Positions 25,193 through 38,139 of a stretch of 63,288 bases of DNA are shown in pieces. The stretch's first letter is position 1; each line of letters begins with the position of its first letter. The DNA is from Octopus bimaculoides (taxonomy: Eukaryota): positions 43,898,913 to 43,962,200 of the forward strand of contig NC_068995.1 in NCBI RefSeq assembly GCF_001194135.2, given 5' to 3'. The position numbers and the translations under genes are program-made. Below the pieces are notes generated by a model. It was given only the letters and a program-made list of their open reading frames with translations. It was not told the origin of the DNA and searched no databases.

Positions 25193-25837
25193 GAGCATAT
25201 ATGTATTCATAGCAGTTATATATCTGAAATAACTATTCACAACGGAGAGAAGAAAAGAAAGATGGACGGTGGTCACGTGGGAACCACGTAATCAAGGGAG
25301 GAGGAGTAGGGAAGAGAGAGAGAGTGACAGAGTAATAGGATAGAACAGCGGGAGAAGAGGAGGTAAAAGAAAAAGAGAGAAACGAAAGAGTAAAAAGATC
25401 GTATAAAGTGCACATTAGAGTTATTATGTCGTGACGACGTGTGTGTGTGCATGTGTATGTGTGCGAGTAATGTATGTGTGTATGTGTGTATGTGTGTATG
25501 TTTTCTATGTCCCCGCGGTCTAGTTGACCGATCAGAGAATTTCTATATTTATTTGTCCTTTTCTGTTAATCCGTTTCCACGTTCCATTTTGAATTGTCAT
25601 CACTCGAGCACTCCCATCCATCGATGCCCTTCCCTCTAGCGGTGACCATATCTCTTCTATTTCTCTCTCTTTCAGCCCTTCTTTCTCTTTCTATTTCTCT
25701 CTTCCTCTTTCTTTGTTTCTATCTCTCTCTTGTTCTCCTTGCTACTTACTAATTCTCTCTCCGTCTCTCATTGTGCATATTCGTTATTGCTCGACTCTTG
25801 GTCCTTTACAGGCTCTATCTCTCATACTTACTCTTCC

Positions 25838-25912
<75 letters not shown>

Positions 25913-26441
25913 TACGCAATTCGTTACAACCACTACTGCGAGCTGTTTCCCAAATTCTACACTCCTTTTATGTCTTCTCGACTGAAAATTACCTTCAAGT
26001 CAGCGTCAATTGTATCCTTTCTATTTCAACTACGGCATCTTAGACCATTCCATCTTTCCTGTCATGCTTCTACCAGATGTTGTTTTTCCCGTTCTTCGTC
26101 GAATAACAACCATAGTTATTTCAGATATATATAACTGCTATGAATACATATATGCCTATATATTTTCTATATGTGACTGTGGTTTTTCATGGATGAATTC
26201 AGGGATTGTGTTTTTTTCCTCTAAATTATGTTTATATATTATATATTGTGAAATGTAATTTAATTTTAATTTTGATAAATTAAATTAAATTGAATTTTTA
26301 CCTGTAAATTTGGATTTCTATCCCTAATATTATTAACATAATTATATATATNNNNNNNNNNNNNNNNNNNNNNNNNNNNNNNNNNNNNNNNNNNNNNNNN
26401 NNNNNNNNNNNNNNNNNNNNNNNNNNNNNNNNNNNNNNNNN

Positions 26442-26474
<33 letters not shown>

Positions 26475-27440
26475 CAATGTTAATTCTCTAAATGAGGTAT
26501 TAACAGTAACTGCACGATAAAGTGAAGTATATTGCCACTTAAATGTGGCTGACCCCTAGGGGTGGATGTTACTGTTGCTTTTAGCCCCAGGAGGACATCT
26601 CCTCCAGCTGGCTTATCGACACACTTCTGTGTCCTGTTTGTTTTGCCAAGGGAAGTTATATATATATATACATACATACACATACATATGTGTGCGTGTT
26701 TGTGTATGTGTACATATTTGATAATAGTCAGAAAAAAACTGGTATACCCAGTTTGCCACACACGTGCGAGATGTAGATATGTGAGCAACGCGTCAGTTCA
26801 TGTTGCAAATATTTCGGATGATGTGTAGTCCATAATTACAACTATATGGTTGATTATTTGTGTTTATAGCTGATAACGTGACCGGAAATTTTGTGGTGTG
26901 CAAAGCAACTGTTCTTCAATTTCTATGTATCGCAGAAGAAAGCAACTCAAGGATTTTGCTTTCAGCGGTACACATTTTGCGAGACACAAACCGTTTCTAT
27001 AGAAGAGATTTTCAACGCTGACTTCAGCTGTATTAGAATTCTGGAAGTTTCCGAGAGAGATCTCTGCTGGTGATAATAATTCTACTAATCTCGTTTAAGT
27101 GATACCGCTTCAGGTTCTGGAAATTTTCAATTAATCCAAGTCTGCAATTCTGTACCTCGTTAAAGTAATGGACCAACCAATCAAAAATGTTTCATGCGAT
27201 CGGATATTATATTGATCTCTGGTCTCGAAACGAATTTTTGACACATGGAATTTTCCCTTTACATTCATCTAAATAAATGTCTATGTTGAAAGAAGTTAAT
27301 CTTCAAAGTGTTCGCAAATAAAGCAGTACTATAACACTCACCGACGTCCAGAAGTATTACGGTTGCTTGGTATGCGGCGTCTTCAAAGGGGAAGGATCCA
27401 TTGAACTCATATCTGAACAGGGGAAGGATCCATTGGACTC

Positions 27441-28466
27441 ATATCTGTCGTCTTCAAATTCTTAAAAGGTAGCATGACCAAGCGGAATACACGTCTCTTT
27501 CTAAACCATAGTAATAGTATGAGCCAGTCTAACAACATCAAGATCAAAACGTGGCATCTTTCAAGGCGACTCCCTCTGCCCATTACTCTTTTGCATGGCA
27601 CTGTTCCCACTCTCAAACGAACTAAACAACACCAGGCATAGGTTCAAAGTTTATAATACTACACTAAACCGTTTGTTTTATATGGACAATCTGAAGCTGT
27701 TTGCTAGAAACGACGAAGAGCTACTAACAACTGTTAAAGATTTCTGCAATGACATCGGGATGGATTTTAGCCTTGATAAGTGTGCTAAAGCAACTTTTGT
27801 AAGAAACAAGCTCAGGCAAACAGCTTTTATTAAATTAGATACCGACTCTGTCATCCAGGAACTTGACCCACAAGAAAATTACAAATTCCTGGGGATAAAG
27901 GAAGATGGTATACAGCATGCTACTATGAAGGAAAAAAATAAGAAAGGGATGTTACAGGAGAGTAAGACTCATGCTAAAAGCTGAACTCAACTCGAAAAAT
28001 CTTATCGAAACCATTATAGTTATAACATAATTAAAGTTTTATAGTTTTAACACAATTAACTTGAATCTTACAGAGCTCCAACGCCTGTACAGTAATCCAA
28101 GAAAACTACTAACATCTAAGAACATGCACCACCCAAAAGCAGACATTGATCGTCGGTACCTACCTGGAAGTAATGGGGGAAGAGGAATCATGCAGGTAGA
28201 ACTGTGTTATAAGACCTCCACAATAGCAGAGAAATCCAAAAGATTGTGATACTTGTGCTGACAAGTACTACTTACATCCTTAGAAAATCCTATCAATTTA
28301 AATGTATGTGTTGTATTACATGATATTTTGCTACTGCTGCTGCCACTTCCCCTCTCCAAGCTTTTAGTCATAATGTAACATGTCTTATCCTTCACTCGCC
28401 CTAGGACGCTGGACGTGTCTCGGCGAGTGATAGTAACAAACATGCAGATTGAAAGTAAATAATAAT
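27441..28466 (+). mobile_element. R4/Dong-clade retrotransposon remnant: RT core joined to extreme C-terminus and 3' UTR
   Basis: GIFQGDSLCPLLFCMALFP, LFYMDNLKLFA, LDKCAK, YKFLG, HPKADIDRRYLP..GGRG, then EIQKIV..TTYILRKILSI*; ends aaataataat. Several frameshifts. Confidence 0.92.
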
Positions 28467-28852
28467 GGCTTTAAATTTTAGCACAAATATGTTTATTAGA
28501 CACATTTCATGGATAGTGTAGATTCGATTGCGATTGACCTTAGTAAAATTTAATTGACTCTAGTACGTGACCGGTTCATCTGCATTAATTCAATTCATTT
28601 GCATAAGAAATATTAACCTTCCATTTTCAATTTTCGAGTACCTTTAGAAACGACGAAGCAATCCACAAATTCTTCAGAGTTGATTTTAAAATTCTTTGTT
28701 ACGGATTACGGGTGAAAAAAAAAAAGAAAATATAAAAAGAAAAATAAATGTTTTGTCATTGCTGAGAGTTATAATTTGAATAATTGTAAAATTGAATCTG
28801 AAAGCTCCCATAGTGTCTAAAATAATTTACTTTTCTGCCACTGTACATGAAT

Positions 28853-29010
28853 ATACATACATACATACATACATACATACAAAACATGCATACATACATA
28901 CATACATACAAAACATGCATACATACATACATACATACATACAAAACATGCATACATGCATACATACATACATACATACATACATGCATGTATACATATA
29001 TACATGAATA
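28853..29010. repeat. (TACA)n with recurrent AAAACATGCA interruptions
   Basis: Interruptions at 28881, 28910 and 28943. Confidence 0.85.
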
Positions 29011-29210
29011 CATACATACATGCTTTTGTATGAATGCACGTACACCCAACTGTTTTGCATAACGCATGAAATGCCAAAAACACATGCACTTGCACACACA
29101 CACGCACATACACAGATATGTATTATATATGTTTTATTTACATGCATATATACTAACAAGCATATATGCATACATTTATACGTACACACACAACATTCAT
29201 CTATCACCTA

Positions 29211-29278
<68 letters not shown>

Positions 29279-30865
29279 TGTGTCTGTGTCTCCCTCTCNN
29301 NNNNNNNNTATATATATATATATATATATGTGTCTGTGTCTCCCTCTCTCTCTCCTTCCCTCTGTCTACCCCCTCTCTCTCTCTATATATATATACATAC
29401 GGTTATTTTCACACACACTGCGTAATGTAACTTGCAAGATTTGAACAGCTTCTTTCAAAAATAAAAGCGAACACGGCATGGCGCCATGAAAGGATTTCAT
29501 CAACAGCACCAAAACACAATTATTCCACGTGTCAAGTTAACTCTCTTCAACTACACAGTCTCTTTACTTGAATTACACAGAATTAAATCCGTTAAAATTA
29601 TTAAAAATGCTAGACCTCGCATTTTAGATGTTGCCGTTTAGCTCTGATTGAATACGCTTATGATCAAAGATTGCCACTCTTGATTATCTGGTTCGATTTC
29701 ATAATATTCCTTCCGAATCTTTAGATGATATCTAATGTGAATAGTAACGCTATCTATAAATTCAGGAGGTAGTTAATAAAGATATTTAACAGGTAAGGCT
29801 TAAATAGAACTGTGAATAGTGATGAAATGATAGGTAATGTTCTACGTATAACAGGCTTAACGACAAGTAAGCACTACCTCTATGGAGAACTGAACGAAGA
29901 TATCATTTATAACCATAAACATTCACCAGTAAAGGTTGGGAAATATGTAATCTGAATACAAGCAGAGCACTATATTTTCAACAAGATCGCCCTTTAATAT
30001 AATATAATGCCGCGCTTTTATTTTTTTACAATTGGCTGCGCCGTAAAAATCTCGTTTACGTGGTGCAATCCACCAAACAACATAAACCTCACTACAAAGA
30101 CAGGAATTTCTTTTAATTAATGCAACATGCTGCTATCCTCTTCACTTGCAAATATCATATGCTCTTAACTTACATAATGTTTAGGTTAGTTACTTGTGTA
30201 ACGAAAACATAATTTCCCAGATCAATCATTGCAACGAACAACATTCCCTTCACCGAGTAACCATCACAGCGACCAAATCTGTGGTCATATATATATATAT
30301 ATATATACGAACTGAGTTCTTAAATTAAAACTAAGAAACAGTAGGTTTCGAAACGATTGTCCAAAGACATTCACCTTTTCGCTAAATCTAAAAGGAACGT
30401 TCGCACTTACAGTGGCAAAGGAACCTATGACAATAAAATACTTATCTTCTGCGATGAATAGAAATGTAACAGACCGGTTATATTTGCTCTTGGATTAGGC
30501 TTTTATGGGTATTTTTAGAGATATAGTTTGTGCTGGTGTGTTGTGTGCTTACAATGATCTTACGTGTGTACGTATGTATGTACGTACGTATGGATGGATG
30601 CATGCATGGATGGCGTGTCTATACATTTAAATTGCTTTAAAGATTGTGTAACAGAGTATTGTATCATGTAATATACAAGGTGTCTAGCTGCTCTAACAGG
30701 TTTTAACGCTTAATCATTTTGTGAGAGTAGACAGTTAAGTACACTAACAGATACAAAAAGTAGGTAGACAGACTGAAAGATATGTACGTGTATGCGTGTG
30801 TGAATAGATACATTTCTTTTATTAGCCACACAGGGCTCAACGAAGATAGGACAAATACAATGTGA

Positions 30866-30866
<1 letters not shown>

Positions 30867-30948
<82 letters not shown>
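30867..30948. repeat. (GATA)n microsatellite
   Basis: Direct reading. Confidence 0.95.
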
Positions 30949-32055
30949 CGAAATGACTCCTACATAGAGGTGAAATAGCATTAATGGGAAACAACAATCG
31001 ATCTGAGTTTGCAAATAGCTTTGACCGGACCTTGCTGTTGCGTCAGTAGATTTTTTTTTCTTGTAAAAGATTTAAGTATTAACCTGCTTTAACAGGGCGC
31101 TGGCGCGTCGTACTTGCCTACGCATGTATATGTGCGTGTGTGTGTGTATGTATGTATATATGTGTGTATGCACGTATGTATATTTGTATGTATGTATGAA
31201 TGCATGCATGCGTGTATGTATGTCTGCACATTTGTACATATGTTTGCATATATGTATACATGCATATATTGTATGTATGTATGAATGCATGAGTGTATGA
31301 ATGTATGTATATATAGGTATGTGTATATATGCATGCATGTACGTATGTATGTATATATGAATATATATATATATGCATGTATGTATGCGCCTGCTGATAT
31401 ATCACTATGTATATGTATTCGTGTGTATGTATGGGTGTATGGAGGAATGGCGTCAGTATAACATTTCTCTTAAAAGTATAAAATGTTTTTTTTTTAAATT
31501 CACTTTATTAAAACTTTTTTCTGCAAATTCAATGCTAGCATAAATTAAAACAAATATTAGAAGATTTTGTTTATGTTATTGTTGTCTTAATTGTGTTTGC
31601 TGTTGTTGTTGCTGTTGTTGTTGAACTGCAATATATTAAGAAGTGTTGTGTATCATTAGGCGGGAGTGAGTGGAGACATCGCCGCAAGGAAAGAAGTGGT
31701 TTGCTGAGGAAGAGTGGGCTAGAAAGGGAGGCGAATGGTGAAGTGTTGAGTAAAAAGAGAAAGATAGGTGGAGTATCGACAGACAGAGGATGAGGAAATG
31801 TGAGAAGAAGGAAAAAAAGAATTCATTTCAACCAACAAATGATGATTAATAAACAAAGATTTTAAAAACTGGTTTATTATTTACCGCATCATTATTTATA
31901 TATCCGCGCCTCTCCACGTCTCCGCCTGTGTATATATGTGTATGTCTATATATACATATATATATATATATGTGTGTGTGTATGTGCGAATATATGAATT
32001 AGGCACATACATACATATACGTATGTATATGTGCGTATATATATAAATGTAAGTA

Positions 32056-32101
<46 letters not shown>

Positions 32102-32279
32102 TGTGTGTGTGTGTGTGTGTCTGTGCGTGTGTGTGTGTGTGTGTGTGTGTGCATGTAAGTATGTGTAAACTACAAAATCTCTTATCCTTGCACTTACACT
32201 TCCCGATACACTTCACAATACATCCGCGCGCACATGTGTACGTGTATTAACACATATACATATATATATACGCACACAC

Positions 32280-32320
<41 letters not shown>

Positions 32321-32650
32321 TGTGTATTGGATGTGTACGTGTATGTCTGTTTGTGTGAATATATATATATATATATATATAATAGCGCGTCTCTAACTTG
32401 GATGTTCTTGTTCTTGATAACAGTTACGGTTTCCATGAATATTGTTATATTTTCTTTTTGCTGTTATTCTTGTTGGTATTTCTTTTGTTATCGTTATTTA
32501 TGTTTACTGTTGATATTGAGATAGATTTGCTAATTAAATCTCTAAGGGTTAACGTAAATTTATTGATTTTGTGTTTGACAAATATTGCATTAAATTTAAA
32601 TACAAGGATACCCAGACACAGAGCGACGTCCATAAATAAATGCTGCATGA

Positions 32651-32708
<58 letters not shown>

Positions 32709-33557
32709 NNNNNNNNNNNNNNNNNNNNNNNNNNNNNNNNNNNNNNNNNNNNNNNNNNNNNNNNNNNNNNNNNNNNNNNNNNNNNNNNNNNNNNNNNNNN
32801 NNNNNNNNNNNNNNNNNNNNNNNNNNNNNNNNNNNNNNNNNNNNNNNNNNNNNNNNNNNNNNNNNNNNNNNNNNNNNNNNNNNNNNNNNNNNNNNNNNNN
32901 NNNNNNNNNNNNNNNNNNNNNNNNNNNNNNNNNNNNNNNNNNNNNNNNNNNNNNNNNNNNNNNNNNNNNNNNNNNNNNNNNNNNNNNNNNNNNNNNNNNN
33001 NNNNNNNNNNNNNNNNNNNNNNNNNNNNNNNNNNNNNNNNNNNNNNNNNNNNNNNNNNNNNNNNNNNNNNNNNNNNNNNNNNNNNNNNNNNNNNNNNNNN
33101 NNNNNNNNNNNNNNNNNNNNNNNNNNNNNNNNNNNNNNNNNNNNNNNNNNNNNNNNNNNNNNNNNNNNNNNNNNNNNNNNNNNNNNNNNNNNNNNNNNNN
33201 NNNNNNNNNNNNNNNNNNNNNNNNNNNNNNNNNNNNNNNNNNNNNNNNNNNNNNNNNNNNNNNNNNNNNNNNNNNNNNNNNNNNNNNNNNNNNNNNNNNN
33301 NNNNNNNNNNNNNNNNNNNNNNNNNNNNNNNNNNNNNNNNNNNNNNNNNNNNNNNNNNNNNNNNNNNNNNNNNNNNNNNNNNNNNNNNNNNNNNNNNNNN
33401 NNNNNNNNNNNNNNNNNNNNNNNNNNNNNNNNNNNNNNNNNNNNNNNNNNNNNNNNNNNNNNNNNNNNNNNNNNNNNNNNNNNNNNNNNNNNNNNNNNNN
33501 NNNNNNNNNNNNNNNNNNNNNNNNNNNNNNNNNNNNNNNNNNNNNNNNNNNNNNNNN

Positions 33558-33626
<69 letters not shown>

Positions 33627-33771
33627 CATATACAAATATGTACGTATATATGTACGTTCATATTGGAATGTATATGTGTGTGTATGTATAGACGTACGTA
33701 TAAAAATATTCCTATGTACCTACGCGCACACACATGCGCAAACACACATTGACGTACATGTGTGTGTGTGT

Positions 33772-33859
<88 letters not shown>

Positions 33860-34115
33860 ATAGATGTATATTTTTTGTATATACACACACCCGCGGCCAT
33901 AATGGAGGCTAACGAATGAAAACGAGTACAATTATGTTATAAACGGTAAATTTAGTTTAATTTCAGACTCGGAAACCAACTCTAACAACTATTTCTTTGC
34001 GTTAAAAAAAAGACACGCCGTTCAGCAATGCACTATTTCGGAATCTGAAATCAAACTGTCACTTATTACCAATGATGGATCCTTAGAAACACACACGGAC
34101 ACACACACATACGCG

Positions 34116-34158
<43 letters not shown>

Positions 34159-34214
34159 ACACACTCACACTCTCACACTCTCCCTTAACTAAGGGTTCCT
34201 TTATTTATTGGTTC

Positions 34215-34420
34215 CTTTATCTTTTTCAGTCAACAGACTGCGATCATGCTTGAGCACCGGCTTGAAGAATGTAATCGAACAAATCGACACCAATTCTATC
34301 TTTTTTTTTATGTCTAGCACGTTTTTTATTAACCTATTTCACCGAACCGCTAAGTTACTGGAACGTAAACACACTAACATCAGTCATTAAGCGGTGGTAG
34401 CAAACATACACAGAAACAAA
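34215..34420 (-). mobile_element. SINE S2 3' half, decayed
   Basis: ccgaaccgctaagttac, aaatcgacacc and catgcttgagcacc match S2. Confidence 0.75.
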
Positions 34421-34427
34421 GCCGAAG

Positions 34428-34473
<46 letters not shown>

Positions 34474-34585
34474 CTCTAGAGTAAAGATTAGATTACGGTT
34501 ACTGAATGCTTTTCGTTCAGAGATTTAGAAATAATAATTTATGTGTGTGTGTGTGTGTTTGAAAAAAGAAGAAGAATGGCTACGC

Positions 34586-34744
34586 TGATAGTTCTAACTA
34601 GTTTAATTTATTATCTTTTAAACTTTTTAGTAATATAAATTTTACACTTTAGTTCGTAGATCTAGTTCTAGATCTATGAGCTAAAGCGTAAAATTTATAT
34701 TATTAATTTTTTTAAATAATAAATTAAACTGATTAGAACTATCA
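34586..34744. repeat. 159-bp inverted repeat (fold-back element)
   Basis: Arms tgatagttcta..tagatctag and ctagatcta..tagaactatca around a 2-nt TT loop; a few substitutions and one small indel region. Confidence 0.9.
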
Positions 34745-35032
34745 AAGAAGTCATTCTTTGTCTTTTTTCAAATATATCTAACTGTACCATGGATCTCACA
34801 CATTTTCCAATATATATATATGCATATATATATATTATTTATATTATTATTTGATTGAAAACCACGCATCCATTTCCAAGTAAGTTTATCTTAATCTTTT
34901 TGATGCGACTCTATTCTGTTTTCTGTCTCATCCTTTTGTCTAGTTCCCTTTTTCTTCCCTATACCGTTTTTTATCTGTCTCTCTTTGTCTCTCTCTCTCT
35001 CTCTTTCGTTGCTCACACGTGACCATTGTCCA

Positions 35033-35322
35033 TCTTGTGAGTGGATTTGGTATACGGAAACTGAGAGCAGTCCGTCATGTATATATGTGTGTGTGTGTGT
35101 GTGTGTATTTATATGTATGTGTCTTTGTGTCTGTGTTTGTTGCCCCACCATCGCTTGACAACAGTTGTTGGTGTGTTCATGTTCCAGAAACTTAGCGGTT
35201 CAGCAAAAGAGACCGATAGAATAAGTACTGGGCTTGCAAAGAATAAGTCGTGGAGTCGATTTGTTTGACTAAAGGTGGTGCTCCAGCATGGCCGTAGTCA
35301 AATGACTGAAACGTGTAAAAAA
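35033..35322 (+). mobile_element. SINE S2, 5'-truncated
   Basis: ttgtgagtggatttgg..TG tract..gaccgatagaataagtac..ggtgctccagcatggccg. Confidence 0.9.
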
Positions 35323-36090
35323 GAAGTATACATACAAGAGAGAGAGAGAGGGGAGAGAGGAAGTGAGAGAGGGGAGAGAGAAATAGAGAAAGAAAGAGAG
35401 GAAACTCACAATTTTATAATATGTTGTGAGCAGTGCGAAGATTGCAATAAGCGTGTGAAATTCAAACATTTTCAATATGTGTAGACTGGTTGCCACAGAG
35501 TAGCTCAACAAATAAAGTTTTAGCTATTCCTAGAATATTGGTGCAAACTAAATATTTCTGAAAATACATGATAAATGATTCCTCAAGCAAAACATCATCA
35601 AAATTTCACAATGAACACGCTTCAGTACCATATAATTTAATATGGTGTAGACTTAACCGAATTTCGAAAAACACAACATAGCCAAGAACATATATTAAAA
35701 TAAAATGTCTGCTTTCTGTGTGTGTGTTTTTTTTTTCTTTGTTCATACCGGAATATAAACTAAACTGTTTATAAGAACTACAGAGAGGTTCTTGTACAAG
35801 ACGTAGTGTCAGTGTTTTTGATTGATGAGAAGATAAAGATTGATTTCTTGAAAGGTCACCAAGGTAAATAAGAGATTCTTACCGAGTGACATAAGAACAT
35901 GAAGTTCTTCATAACTGGATTTCGTCTGTGAAGAAACAAAATTGAAAGTGGAACATATGCTTCGATGACATTTAATTTCAAACCACGAGAAAAAAAAACG
36001 AAACATAAGATGAATGTATAGCTTACAGACCACTCTCTCATAAGTTTGCTGTGTTGTATTTAAATTCTCCTATGCTACTTGTTTAACCTT

Positions 36091-36184
36091 AAAGCAGCGA
36101 ACTGGTAGAGTCGTTAGCACACCGGGAAAAATACTTAGTGATATTTTGTCCGCTTTTACTGTCTGAGTTCAAACTCCGTCGAGG
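36091..36184 (+). mobile_element. SINE S1 5' fragment
   Basis: Head plus gagttcaaactcc B box. Confidence 0.75.
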
Positions 36185-36260
36185 AAGTCGAGCACTTAGA
36201 CCATCGCCCGGAAGTTGTTGCCTGTTTGCCCAAGCATAAAACCAATATATTCCTGTGCCA

Positions 36261-36480
36261 TAAAGCCGCGAACTAATAGGATCTTTAACGCGCTGGAAAA
36301 AATGCTCAACAGTATTTAGTCCGTTTTTATGCTTTGAGTTCAAATTCCGCCGCGGTCAACTTTACCTTTCATCTTTATGAAATCGATAAAATAAGTACCA
36401 CCTGAGCACTGGGGTAGATTTAATCGTCTTAGCCCCTCCCTTGAACTCGCTGGCCTTGTGCCAAAATTTGAAACCAATAT
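36261..36480 (+). mobile_element. SINE S1, tail c
   Basis: Body plus ctggccttgtgccaaaatttgaaaccaatat tail. Confidence 0.85.
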
Positions 36481-36705
36481 GTTCGTATCTCTAGTATTAA
36501 ACTTACTTGCGTGGGTCGTCCCAGTCCTCATCTCTGCAAGATTCTTATTCATCTGACTCGACTATGTGACATGTGGCCGACCATTATAAGCCGTCACCCC
36601 AGCCTTACCCTCAGAGAAGAGAACACGATACACTGGATCCAACTAGGAAAATCGAGTGTCACGACCAAGCATTCTGAACTGACGCTCCCGAATCATGCAA
36701 GTAAC

Positions 36706-36855
36706 AAGATGCATCGCAGTTTCTGAGTATAGTCGTTGGTTGGATACATAATCTGACTGATGGGATCCCAAGAACCCCGGTGAGTGTCCAAGTCCCGCAA
36801 CTATGGAATGAGGTAAGGAGGACCAGAGACCTGAAGATCCGAAACTTTGTCCTCC
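36706..36855 (+). repeat. Unclassified dispersed repeat, copy 1
   Basis: Homologous to 38140-38320: gat(g/a)catc.cagtttctgag, cccaagaacccc, tcccgcaa, acctgaaga..cgaaac.ttgtc. Confidence 0.85.
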
Positions 36856-37275
36856 TGCTCAGATATCGACAGCGCTATACATTCTTGTCTAACGCTTTCA
36901 CAACTGCACAAGAACATCCAAGTCTCTTTAAGACTCCAGACTCTATAGATGTGGTAGAAATACGTAATATCGATCAGACAGAAATGCAGGAATTTTTACT
37001 CTATGATTTCTTGAAATGATTTAACGGGTTAATTTGTTCAAAAAACAGTATTATAGTTCTTAATATTGTTACCAATTAAAAAATAATGTATAATAAGGTA
37101 AAGAAGGTGACAAGACCGTTTTTCACTATATCACGTTGTATCGTAAATGTTACATTAAGTTTTTTGTTGAAAAGATATGTTTATTATGCAGGGATATGAA
37201 GGAAATAAAGAAAATGTAAGGGTTTGTGGTTATTTAACTGCAGGACGTAGTGATGAAGAAGTAGAAATAAAGTAT

Positions 37276-37455
37276 ATCTCTCCTTTTTATTTTATCTTCC
37301 TCTTGCCAGGTAAGTATTAAATTATAGGCAACGTCTCTACTTTTGATCTTATTTTCATCCTTGCTAGGTAGATATTACCTTATCGGCAATATCTCACCTT
37401 TTGATTTGGTTTTCCCTCTTGGCAGGTAAATATTACCTTATTGGCATTATGTACC
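37276..37455 (+). repeat. Three tandem 58-bp units
   Basis: aggta recurs at 37308, 37366 and 37424 within aligned ttt..cttg..aggta..tatta..ttat.ggca units. Confidence 0.85.
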
Positions 37456-38139
37456 AGGCAAAATGAAGTGTTGAAAGATCAAAAGGAAAAGGAGAGACTG
37501 AAAGGGATGACATGCTTGGTGATGGAGAACGAACTGTGGGAAAATCAACATATATTTTAGAAGAAATATTTGCCTAAGGCTGTTTTCAACATTACTTCTT
37601 AATCGCAAATTTGCTGGTGAGCTGAACTGAGATAGCGTGATATTCAGCCATTTCCTAAAGAAATTAGATAAAAGTGAAATTAGTCAGCCGCAATAGATTT
37701 TCATATTAGACTCACATGGAGCATAATTTGACGCTATGCCATTAATAATATTTAATGTAAGCACAAGAAAACAAATTTAGGATGAAAGTTTACATGGTTA
37801 AATCTACATCAAATCTTGGCTGGTGCAATCGACTCCAAAGAATAAAAGGCACGATTGACCTCTACAAGATAGAAATACCACAGAGCATCTCATCTAGCGC
37901 TCTAGCGATTCTGGTAATCTACGCATAGATCTAATAATAATGATTATCTACAGTCCTACAATCCATATATTTTTAGAAGAGGTGGTAATCGATAGAACCA
38001 ATCTCTCAAGTTACAGTAGTTATCAGTACCAGAAAATTGAAAAAGTAAATCGAAACCATTCAGACTTATGTAAGGAAGAACTAAATACATTACAGACTAT
38101 AAATTATCGAATATAATTTATAGAATATACTTTAAAGAA

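Noticed and set aside
30335-30355. GAAAC-agtag-GTTTC-GAAACG stem resembling the motif at 101-137
   Set aside because: The CUGAnGA box is absent.
32398-33931. Longest ORFs in the track (up to 504 aa), and similar ORFs at 13150, 39552, 42773, 43842 and 55942
   Set aside because: They consist of N runs plus (TG)n/(TA)n translations; no coding evidence.
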